From the NCBI GenBank assembly GCA_023515725.1, contig JALDTO010000146.1:744001-808000 (forward strand): 64,000 nucleotides of DNA. The letters run 5' to 3'. Of the stretch, positions 62,177 through 64,000 are shown one piece after another. Source of the DNA: Amoeboaphelidium protococcarum X5 (taxonomy: Eukaryota > Fungi > Aphelidiomycota). Each line of letters starts with the position of its first letter. The stretch's first letter is position 1. The position numbers and the translations under genes were made by a program. The notes under the pieces are model-generated. The model did not search any database and was not told the origin of the DNA. It saw nothing but the letters and a program-made list of their open reading frames with translations.

Positions 62177-64000
62177 TCATTTTAAATCAGCACTCTATCT
62201 AAAGTACGAGTGGACAACTACAGAAATCTTTTGCATAAAGAGACTGACAGGGATCGACACGTCATCTCCCTTTTCACAGCGAGTCTATAATGCAACAGCC
62301 AGATCGAAAAGCTTTGGAATATACTGTTAAATCTAGTCATGCTGATTACTTTAAGCCAAATGTTGATCATGCCAAGACAAATGGACAACTTAATACCAAA
62401 TGATACAGACAACATTTCTCCAATTGTTAATATCGCGGACATGCTTTTACAGATCCGAATGAAAATCAATGTAACGCTTTGATATCAGTAGACATTATTA
62501 CATAGTGTCATCAAAGTGAGAACCAGCTCTAGCAAATCTATCACCCAAATTACGATAGGAATTAAAGACAACGCAGATATAGAGACTCAGTGATATCGTC
62601 TCCTGCTTAACCAAGTCTGGCATTTTTTGAACCACACCACTCGTTTTCAGGGCCAGCCGCAACTCATAATCTTCATTAAACGTCCTAGCAAACCGAAATG
62701 ATGCAGTAATCTACGATAGCCAACGGTTTTAAAATTACTCAGGCATCAAGGTGAAGCAATCAGAAGGAAACAACTTTGTCTAATCACCAACCAAAGACTT
62801 TAAAGGTTTGCCTCCAAGAATGTTCATGATAGGATCATCAATCTTAAACATCAAGTCTTTCATCATTGATAGTATCATGAGATGAACCGCGCATTTCATT
62901 ATAGCTTTGTTGATGTTGATGGATGAGATGATTTATGCTTCATTCTCTGCTTCAACGTCAGTAAACTTTACACTACTACTACCACCGCCAGAGGTGCTTT
63001 ACTTGGGATATTGGAACAGATCATGCGGGAGAGTCTTTTTAAACAGCTGTTCCAGCCCGCCAGTAACACTTTCCCAACAGCCATTATCAAATTACTTGAA
63101 GTTTTGCACAATAATAGAACTGAATCCCAATACGGCAGACTGCGCCAAAGAGTCAGAATCACGATCCAGTAGTCATGAAAGACAAGCGATAACGTAGGAA
63201 AAAAGTTACTCATTTCCTCTGAGCACATCAAAGTTGAGCTTACACAACTCCAACAATCTTCTGATACAGTGAGAGTATAAGCTATCAAGTGAACTTTCTG
63301 GCTGACTAGGAGTTCCCTCTTGCAGATTCAAAATTGGAGATACAACCTTTTTCAATAAAATATACCACTGGCCATCGGCAGCATTGAACAATGTTATCAC
63401 ACTTTTCAGTTTGTCAAATAGCATATCCATCACTTTAAGTCGCATCTACTAATTCTGAGACTCCAAAATTATGTTGGTAAATCCAGAAAACAGAGGAATC
63501 CATTTGAAATGCAAATCATCATCACTGGCATGCGTCTGTCCAGATTTCTTGTGAAGATCGCCAAGTCTACTTATAGATTCCACCAACAGATTCAGCACCT
63601 CATTAAAGATCAAGCGATGATCGTCAACGTCTTTCAAAGTGCTGGCGGCAGAACTTTCTCCGTCTTGGCTCTCAAATCTTTACACAAACGATACGACACA
63701 TTACACGTAATCAACCAAGTACTCATCAACGACACCAGTATGATTCCTAACAATCTCTTACAAGAGTCCAAAGGCTTTTCTTATAATTTATATATCACTA
63801 TCAGTCTACTATGTTGAAATAGAAATCACCACAAATATCGATTTCCACCCAGATTATATCGATTTCTAGCGAGCCATGATAATCTGCGACAATGATTAGA
63901 AAATCATCTCTTTCGCAGCGACGTGCTTGCTATTTCTCATAATATTCTCAAACGGCCTCAAAGCTTCACAATGACCATCAAACTTCGACAACTCGGTGCG
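62177..64000 (-). CDS. SEC7: Sec7/BIG ARF-GEF, C-terminal HDS region (5' part lies outside the window)
   Basis: LRPFENIM...KEMIF.SL.QII.AR...I[TAA]SGWKSIF, KWIPLFSGF, MKCAVHLMIL, FARTFNEDYELRLAL...MPDLVKQET resemble Sec7/BIG C-terminal motifs. Confidence 0.82.

Overview
Gene-dense eukaryotic nuclear DNA from a fungus-related organism that uses a non-standard genetic code: TAA and TAG encode Gln (NCBI table 6) and only TGA is a stop. The supplied standard-code ORF track is therefore fragmented. Re-reading by hand with TAR=Gln joins the fragments into 34 genes (the last one truncated by the window edge), all ending in TGA, with few short (39-72 nt) GT-AG introns. Fungal-type gene content plus this code points to the algal parasitoid aphelid Amoeboaphelidium protococcarum or a relative (inference). 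Recognisable genes include a Boi-like SH3-SAM-PH protein, RhoGEF, LST2-like protein, Sch9-like kinase, Spc105/KNL1, AtuA, USP, MTAP, copper-fist TF, XPF/Rad1, GDA1, mitoferrin, RRN3, KIF15, CAF16, DIM1, AFG2, Ste20/PAK and Sec7. The best candidate for a new system is a tandem trio of secreted Pro-rich proteins (33.6-38.3 kb) that all share a six-cysteine module I do not recognise. The two outer genes end in GH45-subfamily-B/expansin-like domains and the middle one is non-catalytic, which suggests a possible host-wall attachment/penetration locus. Other notable items are a probable catalytically dead kinesin head-to-head with Spc105, a protease-less ADAM-like receptor with a cytoplasmic SH3, a FYVE-less LST2, and in-frame stop-free introns created by the code change. 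All assignments come from manual translation and recalled motifs; no database searches were run.
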